Below are positions 42,708-56,827 of a DNA stretch of 64,000 nucleotides, piece after piece (position 1 is the first letter of the stretch; the number at the start of each line of letters is the position of its first letter). This stretch comes from Octopus vulgaris. Its lineage: Eukaryota. The stretch lies in NCBI GenBank assembly GCA_951406725.2, contig OX597818.1, forward strand, positions 11,470,001 to 11,534,000. The letters are read 5' to 3'. Both the position numbers and the translations under genes were made by a program. Below the pieces are notes generated by a model. The model searched no databases. It was not told the origin of the DNA and saw only the letters and a list, made by a program, of their open reading frames with translations.

Positions 42708-45700
42708 GTAAGAACTGACTCATTCAATGAAGACCATCCAACCCAATGCCAGAATGGAAAGTAGATGAAAAATGGTGATGATATATGTGTGTAAGGCATC
42801 ACATGTGTTCTTTGTATTACATATGAGACAGAACTGTTGTTAAATTAATTCATTATATTTAACATTGCAACCTAATTTAGCAAATCCTATTTATGTATTA
42901 GTGACCATGCAACTGTTTGTTTGTATTGTTTAGTCTCCAAATTTATCTTTTTGCATCATATTTGTTTCATGACCTTATCCTGGGTAATGGCCTGATGGCC
43001 AAACAACAGAAGGGATTAGTGTGATGTGTTGAACATCCACACTCCTTCCTTTACTGTTCAAGACCCAGTAGCCATAGCACTAATCCACACTCAGATGCAC
43101 AGAGAATCCTTAAGAATTGAGAAAACAAAGGATTCCAGAAGTAAATGCAGAGTTGTGAGTCAGAGACTCTTATCATTGAGCCAAATGTTTGCTGTTCTTT
43201 CACAATTATCAGTGCCAGAAGATATGCCAAAACTAAAATGTCTACTATACATTCCGCTAGTATTAACAAGGAATCCAATTTCTTTATTACTGTTTTTAGG
43301 AAAATGTAAAGAAATTAAAGATTTGAGTGATTAAGTACACATCTCCCTCAATCTTCAACATATATTTACCTTTGGTGTCTGTAAATTAGTGATATACAGC
43401 ACTACACTTTGGAAAATATGTCTGCTTCCATATCTACATTAAAAAAAAAAAAAAAAAGAAAAGTGAAAAGAAAAAAAAAAAAGAAAACTCTTCAATTTCG
43501 AGTTCCATGTCTTCATAGATTTTGTAAATGAAATCTATATTCTTTCAAATTAATTGCCAACTAAATAATTACAGATTTTTTTTCTCTCAAAAAGCTATCA
43601 TGTATTTTCTGAATCTATTGATACAATTTTCTCAGGTGTTTCAATAACATCATTCAAATATATCTCTTCAATTAAGTTTTTCATTTACAATTTGATATAT
43701 ATATTTTTCTGGGGAAAAATTCAGGGAACCATTTCTCATTTCTTTAACATTTCTGCTAACTATGAAATGTTTGTTTTTCTATGGTTTTGACTTTGGTTTA
43801 CATTATTTCAATTGGTGTATCCATTATGGTCTGTTTTCTTTTGAACATCATGCATTTTACTGAACTGTTGTTGTATATCTTGGATCCGGCCAAATTATTT
43901 TGTTTCAGTTAGTGTGAATTATGCAAAGTTTTGTTATTTTATTACAATGTTCCCCCCATCCCAAGAACTATTCCATTTAGACTTTAATAACCATCTTTTT
44001 TTCAAAAGTTATTTTGTTTCTGGTTATTATCATAATTCTTGTTGAAAAAATATACAAGTTTCTTTTTTTCTATATAGAATTTTAGTTTTTAGTATTTGGT
44101 TCTTTATTTTGAATAGTGTACTTGGAAGATTGAGGAAGTAAATTGTTACTTGTAAATCTCTTCAAAATCAGCCAAACGACCTTAATAACTAAGTTACTTG
44201 GAAACAGTCAATGACCAACAAAATCTGATCAATTTTGTAGTAATCTCTTTCTTTTTTTATATGTTTTTTTTAAAGGAAATGTTAATTATACACATAATTG
44301 AGAAACATAAGATTATATAACATCAAGATATTCAAGCCATGAAACTGCATATGAGATTTTTTCCGACTACTACAAAATTGAATGACACCAATTGATAAAT
44401 AAATTAACTCTAGTTGCACTATGATACTAATTAAATACAACACTGTGTTTTTCTTTTAGAATACAAACAATAATTCTAAAACCAATGAGCATAAATGAAA
44501 AAAACAAAGTGCAAAAATTATCACTTTTACCTCCAAAAATAATACCAGCAGAAAAATAGAAGACAAATTGTTAAAATATAACGGTGATAGTTTATATAAA
44601 CAATTTTACAATGATATACATTTTCTTTTTATTATTATTTCTGAGTACTACATAAACCAGTGCCAAAACATCAAATTAAACTTTGTTCATACTTTCAACC
44701 TGGCAAAGAAAATTAAGAACTGATAACTCTTTACTACTAGAGAATATGCAATTGGAAATATGAAATATTAAACACAATGAAAAGCGTAAACTAAAGAACC
44801 ACTCATGAAAATTCAAACAATATCAATATTTGTTCCTAAGATGAGAAACTAAAAAAAATTAGCTATTCTGTTAAACATTAATATATTTAGAAATTTATAG
44901 TGAAATTGTATCATTTTATTAAATTATAAATTATATACATACACTGCACATTCACACAAATATGTATATGTGTAAATATTTATATATATACACTTATATA
45001 TCTATGTGAATGAACACACACATATTACTAAGTTAATGAAGTTAATTTTGAGCAGACAGTGTTGAAACTTACTATAAAAGTGAGTATATATAATATCAAG
45101 GGAATCTATATTTAGAGTGCTGAATTGGAAAACTTCTTTTTCTAACAAATTCCAAAAAAGGAAGCAAGGCTCAGTAAGTTTCTTCGAATTATAAGGTAGA
45201 TATGAATCAAACCAGAGAGTAAAGTATTTTCTTTTTTTTATGTTATTTTATTGTTCCACAGAACATTTACAAAAAGCAGTGGTTAATGTGGACTAAAATA
45301 AAAACATAAAATATAAGTCACTGCTGTTTGTCCTAAGTTAATAGTTGCATACAGGAATTTACTGTCAAACAGAAAATAACAGATTACTTCACATCTAATT
45401 AATTCCAATTTGATGTGACAGCTTTGTTAATTTAAATAATGTTCTAATTTTACAGAAAATCCTTGAAACTTATAACATTTACTCAATTGATTAAAGTTTT
45501 AATTTTTAAATGTTGATATATTATTTTAATATATAATATATTTTACTTCACTAACTACTATTTAACTTAAGCCCCCAGTTTAAGACATATATATAAAAGT
45601 GTGTTTATATGAATGTATATATGCACATATGCAAATACACAAACATACATGCATACATAAATGTGTACGATAGATAGATAGATAGATAGGTTCTGCTTGT

Positions 45701-46687
45701 ACTTTTAGAAGAAAGATTTATATGAGTAATTGTAATCAATTTTCACTGATCTCAGCGGGCTTCTGAGGGACATGGATGTAACTTTTTCCTTCTAACCAAA
45801 TCAATTTTTTCAAAAATGTCAACATTAACTACATTTGTGTCCATTTTCTTGACATTGGAGCAAACTACATTCGTTATTGGCTCCCGCATAATAATTAAAC
45901 TTCTATAACACTGTCATCATCAATATAACAGATTTTTGTTTTTACACTTTATGTCGTTTTCCCCCAACCTCTTCAAACTAGAATGCTGTTTTTTTTTTCT
46001 TCTGCAATAAAGTTTTGAAATATAAAAAAAATAATATAAATCTTCTATCTATTTTTACCTTGTTTGGAAAGGAATGTTTAAATCAAAGATTCAAGAGAAT
46101 GTAGTGTCTGTGATGAAACATTTTAAGGGTTTATAGCGATTTTCTTGTAAGCTTTTATTGATATACACAGAAATCAAATTTTTGTACCGCCAGCAAGTTT
46201 GAAGTAGCTACGTTATGTTACGAAAGACAACTTTTGCTATAAAGTATTTGGTAGATCAATGAATGCTGTTTTGAAGCATACTTCCCTTCCACCTATGTTT
46301 TTTTTTTAATGCAGTGTAATACGGGGAATAAATGATGGGAAAATATTTAAAAAATATTTAAAAAAATCAAACAAAAAACTTTATATTTGAAAACAATTAA
46401 AAATAATAGCGCAATCAAGGAAAGAAATTAGCGAAGACTAAGGGAGGTAACTAAAAGCTATGTCAAGGGAGATAACTTCAATCTTATTTAATAGCAATTA
46501 CCTCTAATATTTAACAATTGATAAACTGTTGGAAAAAGAAAACAATTCAATGTTTTTGATCTAGTACATTGAAAATATCAAATTTAACATTTTTAAAGCC
46601 AATTTTCAAAAATATGAATTAACAATGCTAAATATTTAAGGATGATAGTATAAAATTATAAAAAAAAATTTTTAAATGACATTTTCA

Positions 46688-46960
<273 letters not shown>

Positions 46961-47614
46961 CTATACATACATGCATGCATGGACACTGATATAGAAATAC
47001 ACAAGATTTGAGTGTCTTGCAAATGGTCATTCATATCTAGACACAAAATTTTAAAAAAAGTCAATACATTCATATCAATACATCAAATGACATTGTAGAA
47101 AAGCTTTTATACAATTTGAAAAGCATAAATAAATGAAAATGTATTCAAAAGTTTTGTCTTTGCTTCCCTTTATTTGTTTTATATTCCTTTGTTTGTCAGT
47201 TTTTTACATTTCAGCAAATGGATGGTTCAGAAACTCAAATATTTTCAGAGAATTACAGAGGCATAATTTAACCTTTTTGGGCTTTATGAAACACATCATG
47301 CTAACATTTGAATTAATTCATGAAATAATCAAGAATTTGGAGAGCATTATAAAAATGACAAACTCGTTTGTCTGTTATTAAACTGATTATTTGAAATAAA
47401 AGATATATAAAATTATATGAGTTATAAACACTTTAGAATGCAATTTTGATTCAGAATCAGAAGGTAGTCTCTGGATTAATAGAGATTGTCCCAAATTTGA
47501 AGAGAACTATACTATATTAAATCAAACCCAAAACCTCTGTAATCCCAGGGCTTATTTTTATTAACCTTAAATTAAGAAAAAGTATCATTGAGCCTAGATT
47601 TAAGCATAATAATA

Positions 47615-48240
47615 ATAAAAATGGTTTCAAATTTTGCCACAAGGCTAGCAATTTCAGGGGAGTGGGTTAGTTACATTGACTCTAGTTTTCAACAGGTACA
47701 TATTTTATCAACCATGAAAGGATGAATGACAAAGTTGACCTCTGGCCGAATTTAGATTCAGAACATGAAGATGGACAAAATACCATTAAGCATTTCGCCT
47801 GGCTTGCTAATGATTCTGCCAGCTCACCACCTTAATAATAATAATAATGATAATAATAATGATAATAATCTTTTCTACTATAGGCACAAGGCCTGAAGTT
47901 TTGGTACTTATTTCATCAACCCTGAAAGGATGAGAGACAAAGCTGACCTCAGTGAAATTTGAACTCAAAACATAAAGATGGATGAAATGTCGCCAAGCAT
48001 GCTAATGATTCTACCAGCTCACTGCATTAATAATAATACGGGTATGATGATTTCAAATTGTTATCACAAGGGCAGCTTGTGGGAGGGGATTAACTTGATT
48101 ACATCAATTTATCAACCTCAAAAGGATGGAAGGTGAAGTTGACCTTTGTGGAATTTGAACTCAGAATGTAGCAGCATGCGAAATGCCACTAAGTATTTGG
48201 TCCAGCACACTAACGATTCTGCTAGCTCACCACCTTAACA
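47615..48240 (-). mobile_element. Three head-to-tail Meta-domain SINEs
   Basis: Three minus-strand units separated by (TAA)n. Confidence 0.85.
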
Positions 48241-48261
48241 ATAACAATAATGATGATAATA

Positions 48262-48548
48262 ATGGAAAGCTGAAAAGTAAGACAGAGTTTGTTAGCAGCA
48301 GCATAGGATCAAGCATTAAGGACTAATTAGATAAACGCCAAGATACAAAAAAAACAAGTAGATTCCCAATGTATGTTATGCAAATCAAGAGAAGAAAACA
48401 TTACTCGCATAGTAAGTGAATGTAGCATGCTGGTACAGAAAGAATACAAGAAAAGACATAACAGCTCCAGAAAACAGTGTTATTAGGGACAGCCAGGATA
48501 CTTAGGAGGGTTCTTGGCATGTCTATGAAAATAATAATAATAATAATA
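48262..48548 (+). mobile_element. Dong/R4-clade (RLE) LINE relic, internally deleted
   Basis: GKLKSKTE/LLAAA*DQALRTN...DSQCMLCKSREENITRIVSECSMLVQKEYKKRHN (degenerate CCHC region) joined directly to C-terminal LQKTVLLGTARILRRVLG; flanked by (TAA)n on both sides. Confidence 0.8.
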
Positions 48549-48572
48549 GACACAAGTTATTTTTATGAGATA

Positions 48573-49475
48573 CTACCTGAGGTACCCGGTAACACCCGGG
48601 AGTGAGGATATTCCCAGTACCCATTACAATGCCTAATTTCTCTCAGACGAAAAATGAAATCAAGACATAGGATAGATAATAGAAGGTGTTAGCAAATTCA
48701 TTCAGAAAACAATAATTCAAATAAATACATGTGGAATCTGAAAATGACAATCGTTTGGTCAATTGTGTGGAAAGCTGCAAATATATAATCAATAGAAACA
48801 TCAAGATGGGAATTGTAAAAGAGTGCTATAAAAAAAGAACAAAAGTAAACAAAAAATTATTTTTAAAAAAGACACTTAATTTGACAAATGTGTTTCATGG
48901 ATATAGTTGCACTGATTGTGAGAATCAAATATCAATTGCAACGGTTAGAACCAAAATATTTTAAGCGCAGGTGTTAAGAAAATAGATGTTACATGTTTTA
49001 GCACAACATTGCAACATTTAGAATTGATAATTTTAAGTGCAAGTGTTAAGAAAATACATGTTACAGCAACCTGAGAATGTTGAAATAATTGAACATTTTA
49101 ACCCCGCAGCAATTTAGGCCAAATTTCGTTATCATCATCATCATTCAGCGTCCTCTTTCCATGCTAGCATGGGTTGGACGGTTCAACTGGGGTCTGGGAA
49201 GCCAGAAGGGCTGCACCAGGCCCAATCTGATCTGGCAATGTTTCTACGGCTGGATGCCCTTCATAACGCCAACCACTCCGTGAGTGTAGTGGGTGCTTTT
49301 TATGTACCACCGGCACAGGTGCCATGCTGATTAAAGCTTATCGAGTTTTTGAAATTCCAAGTGTGTAAGTAACCTCATAATGGGCATAAGCCCCACACAC
49401 ATGTCAAGTTTCATCAAGATTGGTCAGATAGTCTCAGAGGAGTTAAAGTAACAAATTCACAAACACACACACCCA
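48573..49475 (-). mobile_element. Non-autonomous Helitron-like element with a nested RTE tail (49130-49325)
   Basis: Minus-strand 3' end CCCGGgtgttaCCGGG hairpin then GTAG|T (CTAG variant); 5' portion homologous to 52131-52330. Confidence 0.6.
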
Positions 49476-51079
49476 ATGGTGGATAAGAAATCCTGACTTT
49501 CTTAAGTAAGTTGAGGCCCACATGAGAATATCCCCTGTCTTCAAAGACATAAGATCCTAAGGTTCATGTAGTAACTTAACGCAAATCTGAACTCCAAAAG
49601 TATTTGCAAGATGGGGTATACTGATAAGTTAAACTTTGTATATATATATATAAGTAGCAGATTGTAGTTTGATAGTCAGTATGTCTATAGTTATGCATGA
49701 AATACTGTATAGAAAATGTTTGAGAAATAAAATGGACTTACCAGTGAGGTTGTCTTGTATCCTATAAGACAAACAGAAGCAATAATGGTCTACATTGTCT
49801 CTATTTGTGTGGTCAACATCACCAAAAGATGAGCTTGAGTAAGAAGAATAAAGAAGAGTTGATTGGTACTCTGTCGGTTATGACGACGAGGGTTCCAGTT
49901 GATCCGACCAACAGACCAGCCTGCTTGTGAAATTAACATGGAAGGGGCTGAACACTCCACATGCACGCATACCTTTAACATAGTTCTCGGAGATTTAATA
50001 TGACTCAGAACGTGACAAGGCTGGTCCTTTGAATTACAGATACAACTCATTTTTGCCAGCTGAGTGAACAGGAAGAATGTGAAATAAAGGAAATAAGGAC
50101 ACAATACACTACTGTGAATCAAACTCACGACTTATGATTGTGAACCAAATACCTCAACCTCTAACTATGAGTAATTAAGGTGAAACAATGATTGTAGTGT
50201 GGGAGAGGAGGGTGGTGTACAGAGATAAGAAAGGCAGTGTTGAAAGGGGTGACGGTTGGGAGACAGTGGTTACAGGGTCTAATGAGAGAGACAGTTATTG
50301 CAGAGAATGACGGGAGTGTGATACTAAAGTAATGTAAGAGAGAATAAGGGGTGAATAGTTGTTGAAACGGTTGATGGTAAGAGAGTGTGATGGATGTGTG
50401 ACCAGGGTCAAGGAGTGATTGATGGCTTTGCAACACATAAAGGTAAAGAGTGTTGTGTATTGAGATATCCTAAACCAATGTAATCCCTTGTTAATCAGGA
50501 AATGCAGTAGGAGAGAGCTAGCAAACATAGCAGCTGCATGAGAGAGAGAGAGAGAGGGAGGAAGAGAGAGAGAGAGAGTATGATGGATAGTCGTGAAATG
50601 GTTGTTTGTAAGAGAGGGATAACAAGTGATCAGTGAGAAGAATAGTTTTAATGGCATAGAAGGGTAATTGTTCACTGGCAAGACAGAGCTTCTAAGTGTC
50701 AAAATGGTAATAGTGAAAGAGAGAGGGGGGAGGGAAAGAGAGTGAAAGAGAGAGAGAGAGATCAATAAAGGAGTGATCTGACAAACAAAAAAATGATGGT
50801 GGGGGGATGCATGGAATACTAATACATCTGATGCAATCCTTCATTACACAGACATCATAGGTGGGAGACACTGTGGCAGGTGGAGACTGAGTATTTATGT
50901 TTTAGTTGATTGCATGACTGGCATGGTGCAGTGAGAGAGTACTGAATAGGTAGGTAAGAGTGATAGCAGATGGTGACCTAGCAATTAGAAAATGAGTGAA
51001 AGGTACAAAAATATATATATATATATATATACACACTCACAAATGTAGATATATATTCTAGCCTTTGTCACTATTTTTA

Positions 51080-52120
51080 CTTCTATGTGTTTTTCCATGG
51101 TTGCATGACTGGTTGAGTCTTCTCCATCACTGTATACCATCAATTATTACAGTTCTTTGTCATCTCCTTCATAAAATGCAATATTTCAAGTACACCTAGG
51201 TCTCTCTCTTCCATAGGTTCCAGTCATTTTGAGTAACCAACACATCCTCATACAGCTGTCATTATCCATATGCATCACACACCAATACCAGCACAGTTTT
51301 CTCTCTTGCATGTTACTTATTGAAACCTCTTACATTCAGCTCATTTGTATTCCATCGTTTATGCAGTAAGATGCTTGGTTCATGTTTTTCTAGTTTTTGT
51401 AAAATAGGATTTGTACAAACTAGAAAGATCTATGTCTAAGTACAATGCAAAGCTACACTTTATATACAAGAATCAGAGAATATGCTCGTCACTCTGAAGG
51501 AGAAACTCTTTCTTACCAGCAGAAGTAATATTTCTCTGAACTTCTCCAGCTTGTTATTACTCTGGTTATGTCTTCACCTAGGTAACAGAAGCTATCAGCT
51601 ATTTCAAATGGGTTGTCTGGACGTTTGAGAATGTTTATTGCTCCTGTGTACTGTCGCATATGAAATTTATCTTCTGTTGTCATGCCTGTAATTCCACTAT
51701 ATCTCTTGTGTTCATCGCATGGAATCTCTACCTACTTCTTTTCTGCATTTCAAGCTCTACTATTTCCTAATGGTACCAGGGTCTTATTTTCTTTCTTGTT
51801 CAATTAGACTTTAATCTTTGTTAAGTTTAGATTTAGAACTTTTACTTTCATTTCTGGATTTCCTTCTCAAAATCTTCTACAGATTCTGCTCAAACAATTG
51901 TCATCAGTTATACAAAAGTTCCCATTCCTGTTATGGCTCGGAGGACTGACAACAAAACAGAAGACTAAGTGCTGACTTCTGATGATGCATAACAAATTCA
52001 TTGCTGACTGTATCCCTGTATATATCTTCTTTGGCTCTCACAAGCCATTTGACTATTCCTAACTATTAGCAATCACCAGTAAACAATATGTGGACAAGTT
52101 AAAGGATAACTCAGGTGTCC
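51080..52120 (-). mobile_element. Heavily degraded RTE-type LINE RT relic
   Basis: Remnant motifs WELLY-(A)DD near 51900-51925 and DSFCYLG near 51575-51600. Confidence 0.6.
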
Positions 52121-52130
52121 CAACAGCAAA

Positions 52131-52510
52131 TCTATATACATAAATGGCAATTTTTGTCTGTTTGTGGCTGTGTGCGTGTGTTTGTTACTTTAACTCCTTC
52201 AAGACTATCCAATCGATTTTGATGAAACTTGACACGTGTGGGGCTTATGCCTATGCAATCACTTACACACTTAAAAGTTCAGAAAAATCAATATTTTTTT
52301 AATCGGCATCAATTTTTCAAAAATCATAGGTCATTTCAATGCAAATTCTCTATGAATGTCATTTTCTGTCATAACTTTTAAAATCTTCAACTGATTTTCT
52401 TCAAATTTTATACACAGATGAAATATGTGCTAAGGATGGGTTGAGATAAATTTTTTTTACGCACATGCACAAAAATGACAATGACACAGGTTCGCTACCA
52501 GACTGGTCAT
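52131..52510 (+). mobile_element. Non-autonomous Helitron-like element
   Basis: Starts A|TCTATATACATAAA, then a GT-rich tract and gatgaaacttgacac; inverted relative to 49325-49470. Confidence 0.55.
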
Positions 52511-54344
52511 TTTTTGTGTCAAATTGGTTCTACTCATTAATATAGATTTAAATTTGACAAAAATTGCCGCAATTTGATAAAAAATGTTCCATGGGTACAA
52601 ACAGACATCTTATTAACAGTAATCTCATTAGCATTTGCTAATTCTGCATTTCAATACGAATCGTTTTCATTTGTTAAAACTTATTATTTCAGTTCCTTGA
52701 TTTAATTCCCCAGCATTTCAGGTTTTAAATAGGTAATTTTCTCAACAACACCAAGAGTAAAAGATGTTTTATGTGACACATTCTACCAGTATACGAAGTT
52801 TGAAAGTGTTTAGTTACAAAAAATTATTTTTTAAATCTGTCGGTCAAAAGGTAAAGATCCAGATAACCTTCACAGTAATGACCCAATAGTGAAGGTTGTT
52901 GAGTTTTGGTAATTTTTAGACACAAATCAAAACTAAATGTTGTTGTAGTTGCTCCAATAGAAGTTCAATTTGACCGTTGAAGAGAAATATAGCCAAGAAG
53001 ATTGTGCTCAGATAATTTTCATTCCATTTGGCATGTAGAACAGAATCTTACTAGAAACTGGTATCAGTCTAAGTCATTTCTCATTGCTCAACTGAGGCAC
53101 AATGGCTGTGAGCTTAAGGCAGGGGACTACTGACTCAGGATCACATAGTCTGATCCTTCTGTTACTATTGTTGTACCTTTGTTTACTTCAGTAAATGAAA
53201 AACAAAATAGAGCTCTTAGACATTGACTCCCCACTCTTCTTAGTAATCATCAATTAGTTTCATGTCAGTTCTATGGCAAAAGGATGTCCAGCAGTGACCA
53301 AACATATTTCCTTACTGAATCCATAATTACAAATAACTCAGTGAAATAAGTTAAACAGCAAAAAACTAAATTCCACTATTGAAAATACTTGCATTACTTT
53401 TTGCCAACACAGTACATCACTTGATATATACTTGCTTTTTCTAAGATATAGGTCATATTTGAGTACAATTAGGCTGTTATTTCCAACAATTAAGCAGCTT
53501 GCGATGGATCTTTGGTTCATTCTAAACAATTGACTTGTTAATGGTTTAAGCAAAACTGTATGTTGCCCATTGGCTCTCACTCTCTTAAAAGTATAGCAAA
53601 TTTTGTCATCATCTCATTTCTTTCTAGTTTCTATTTATTCTATAGATCATTGAACTGTTAAGTTATACAGCATTAAGAAATACATTAATAAAAAAACGCA
53701 CTTGTTTTCAGAACCGTGGAAACATAGGTATGAATACATATTTATAATCATGAGATAGTTTTTGTCTCCTAAATTCCATTCACAATGGTACTGGACAACC
53801 TGGGGCTATAGTTGAAGAAATTCACCCAAGGTGATGAATAGTGGAACTGAAACTAGAGGAACCATGTAATTGCAAAGTGAACATCTTAGCCACACAATTC
53901 TTTTTGTCTTCCTTTTCTATGGGTACCATTCACCTATTACATACTGCACATTTGCACCCACCACATAACCATATCAATGCAACTGCCTTTTATGCCTGCA
54001 CACATTAGTTAAAGGCCTCAACACCCAGCCATTCTTTCAGCTCTTGTGCTTAGCTCTTCATGCTTATTAAAAATAAATAAATCTATTTGCCAAAACCCAA
54101 ATACTATTTTGGTGTCAAAGACAAATGTTTTGTCTAAAATGCTTTAGAGGCAACTGAAATGGAGAACTGCAGCATATGCCCATCCCAAATTAAGTTTTGC
54201 AAGTTAACTGTATTAATAATTCAATCTTTAATCCACACTAAACAAGACTGTAATTGTAGCAAGTCAATGTTATTGAAGCTGAAAGAAACTGTTCATTAAG
54301 GGGAAAAAAAGTAAGTCACAAGAAATATTTGTCTTTTTGCAGTT

Positions 54345-54354
54345 TTTATTTATT
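54345..54354 (-). terminator. Overlapping AATAAA polyadenylation signals of the prag01/COX7B-like gene
   Basis: The minus strand reads AATAAATAAA about 70 nt after the stop; another AATAAA lies at 54406-54401. Confidence 0.55.
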
Positions 54355-54420
54355 TAAGAATATGTCTACATTTCAAAGGTGAACAGGGAAAGGTTAGCTC
54401 TTTATTTCTGGTCCTAAAAT

Positions 54421-54480
54421 TTACTTGCCGCAAGACTTCTGTGGAGTAATCCAAGCATTAAAACATCCAGTCTGATACAT
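54421..54480 (-). CDS. prag01/COX7B-like protein, terminal coding exon
   Basis: Acceptor tttcaatttcAG (54482-54481); phase 0 gives MYQTGCFNAWITPQKSCGK-TAA, with polyA signals just downstream. Confidence 0.72.
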   Translation of the reverse strand: MYQTGCFNAWITPQKSCGK

Positions 54481-55459
54481 CTGAAATTGAAATAAACATA
54501 CATTTAAGAAAGAAGAAAATAATGAATATTTTCTTAGATGTTTGTAAAAGAAATAATATTTCACAAAAATGAATAAAATAAAAAATAAAAACTGATGTAG
54601 GTCCAAAAAATATGGAAGATTTTACAGCTGCTCAGACAAGAATAAAGTGGTGTAATAATGACCATGGTAGAGACTATGTTGGTGAGTGATGATAATGAAA
54701 TATTGATTGGGTGTAATGTACACACTACACTCTTGGGTAAGGTTGAATGCTTGTTCAGTTAAATATTAAGCCCTGCCAGTCAACACTTCCAAACACTAAC
54801 ACGGGTGAGCCAATGAAGGAGCCTCTAGATGGTGGCCGAGTCTCCTAGAAGTAACAGCCAAAATTCCATCAAATCTCATCCTACCACTTACAAAAGAACA
54901 CACTGGAAAATGTAGCTCAAGAGTATGGTGAAAAATAGACAGGATGGTTATGGCTTGAATACTTCTGATCATAAGCCTGCTTGATTAGGGCCAATTTAGA
55001 GTTAACAATAGCCCTACCCTATAACAATTCATAAATTCAACTCACTAATCAACTTTATCTCGGAGCCTGCTAACTGTCTCCTCCTTTTAAGATTAAAATG
55101 TATTTTCGAAGATAATATAAATTGGATGATCCCGAAAATTTAAATATTTAAAAAAAATATATCGTTGTTATACAGTTCCTGATCAGCTCTGATCAAATAA
55201 AAAGCAGTGAGCAGGTGCAACTCATAGATCTAGTGTTTTAAATATATTATACATCCACAGAACTGGGGACCATACAGCACATTTCAATACAGTGGTTAAG
55301 CCTTTTGATATCAAGCTGCCCAAGATTTCTCTTGGTTTCAGGTATAAGCTTTCTGTTTTAAACTTATCTAAATTAAAAACCTTCCATCAAAATTCCATGT
55401 TAGTGTATGTTTCAAACTCTAGCTTAAGGTTATCTTATTAAATTATTCATTAATTACAA

Positions 55460-56333
55460 CATCATCATCATCATCATCATCATTTAACGTCCACTTTCCA
55501 TGCTAGCATGGGTTGGACGGTTCAACTGGGGTCTGGGGAGCCCGAAGGCTGCACCAGGCCAGCCAGATCTGGCAGTGTTTCTACAGCTGGATGCCCTTCC
55601 TAACGCCAACCACTCCGAGAGTGTAGTGGGTGATTTTATGTGCCACCGACACAGGTGCCAGACAAGGCTGGCGAACGGCCACGCTCGGATGGTGTTTTTT
55701 ATGTGCCACCGACACAGGTGCCAGACGAGGCTGGCAGACGGCCACGCTCGGATGGTGTTTTTTATGTGCCACCGACACAGGTGCCAGACGAGGCTGGCGA
55801 ACGGCCACGCTTGGATGGTGTTTTTTATGTGCCACCGACACAGGTGCCAGACGAGGCTGGCGAACGGCCACGATTGGATGGTGTTTGTTACGTGCCCACA
55901 GCACGGAGGCCAGTCGATGCAGTACTGGCTACGGCCACGTTCGGATGGTTTTCTTATGTGCCACCGGCACTGGTATCACAAAGATACAAATTCCATTGAT
56001 GTTCATCTATTTTGATTTGGTTTGATTTGATTTTCACTTGCCTCAACAGGTCTTCACAAGTGTCACAAGAAGGAGGGTATGCACAGGTGGACTGACTACG
56101 TCCCAGGTAGGGGCCACGGGTTATGGCCTCACTAGTCTTGCCGGGTCTTCTCACAGGTCTTCTCACGGGTCTTCCATAGGTCTCGGTCTCTAGTCATTTC
56201 CTTGGTGAGACCTAAAGTTCGAAGGTCGTGCTTCACCATCTCGTCCCAGGTTTTCCTGGGTCTACCTCTTCCACAGGCTCCCTCAACTGCTAGGGTGTAG
56301 CACTTTTGCATACAACTATCTTCAGCCATTCTC
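55460..56333 (-). mobile_element. RTE-clade LINE 3' end (ORF C-terminus, 3'UTR and (GAT)n tail), inserted in a piggyBac MITE
   Basis: MAEDSCMQKCYTLAVEGACGRGRPRKTWDEMVKHDL...RDRDLW is an RTE C-terminal motif. Tail is (CAT)n on +; caacat occurs at both junctions; host MITE ends at about 55296 and 56394. Confidence 0.85.
55634..55975. repeat. 63-bp tandem repeat (4 near-identical units plus degenerate ones) inside the RTE 3'UTR
   Basis: atgtgccaccgacacagg begins at 55638, 55701, 55764 and 55827, with degenerate starts near 55890 and 55956. Confidence 0.92.
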
Positions 56334-56827
56334 CAACATTAATTAAAGTAAATGCAGTGTATTTCAAAAAGAAACAAGTAAATGAAAGGGTTAATTGTAT
56401 GTTCTTATCACCCACCCTCTTCTATTTACAAGCAAAGTAATATTTTCCCATAGTTAGATATTTACACAGAAGCTTGGGAATAAAGGACACTGCATGTATG
56501 ACAATGAGACTTGTTTACAACTATCCCATGATGTCAAGACAATGAGATTACACACACACACACACACACAGAGGCTTCTTTCAACTTCTGTCTATTAAAT
56601 CCACTAGCAAAATTTTATCTGACCCATGGCTATGGGAGACACTTGCCTAAAATGCCAAAAAGTGGGACTGAACCCAAAACCACATGGCTGGGAAGTAAAC
56701 TTATTAACCACACAGTCTGTTCACTTTTGTACAGTTTCCTTGAACTGTGCAAAAGTGAGCTGCCAAATTCTCTTGAACTTTTGTCTCCATGGAAACCTTT
56801 ATGCATTTCATTATCAGTATATATTAA

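Noticed and set aside
55500-56025. Repeat-protein ORFs or a CRISPR-like array
   Set aside because: 63-bp units are contiguous with no unique spacers, lie in a LINE 3'UTR, and there are no cas genes; the context is eukaryotic.
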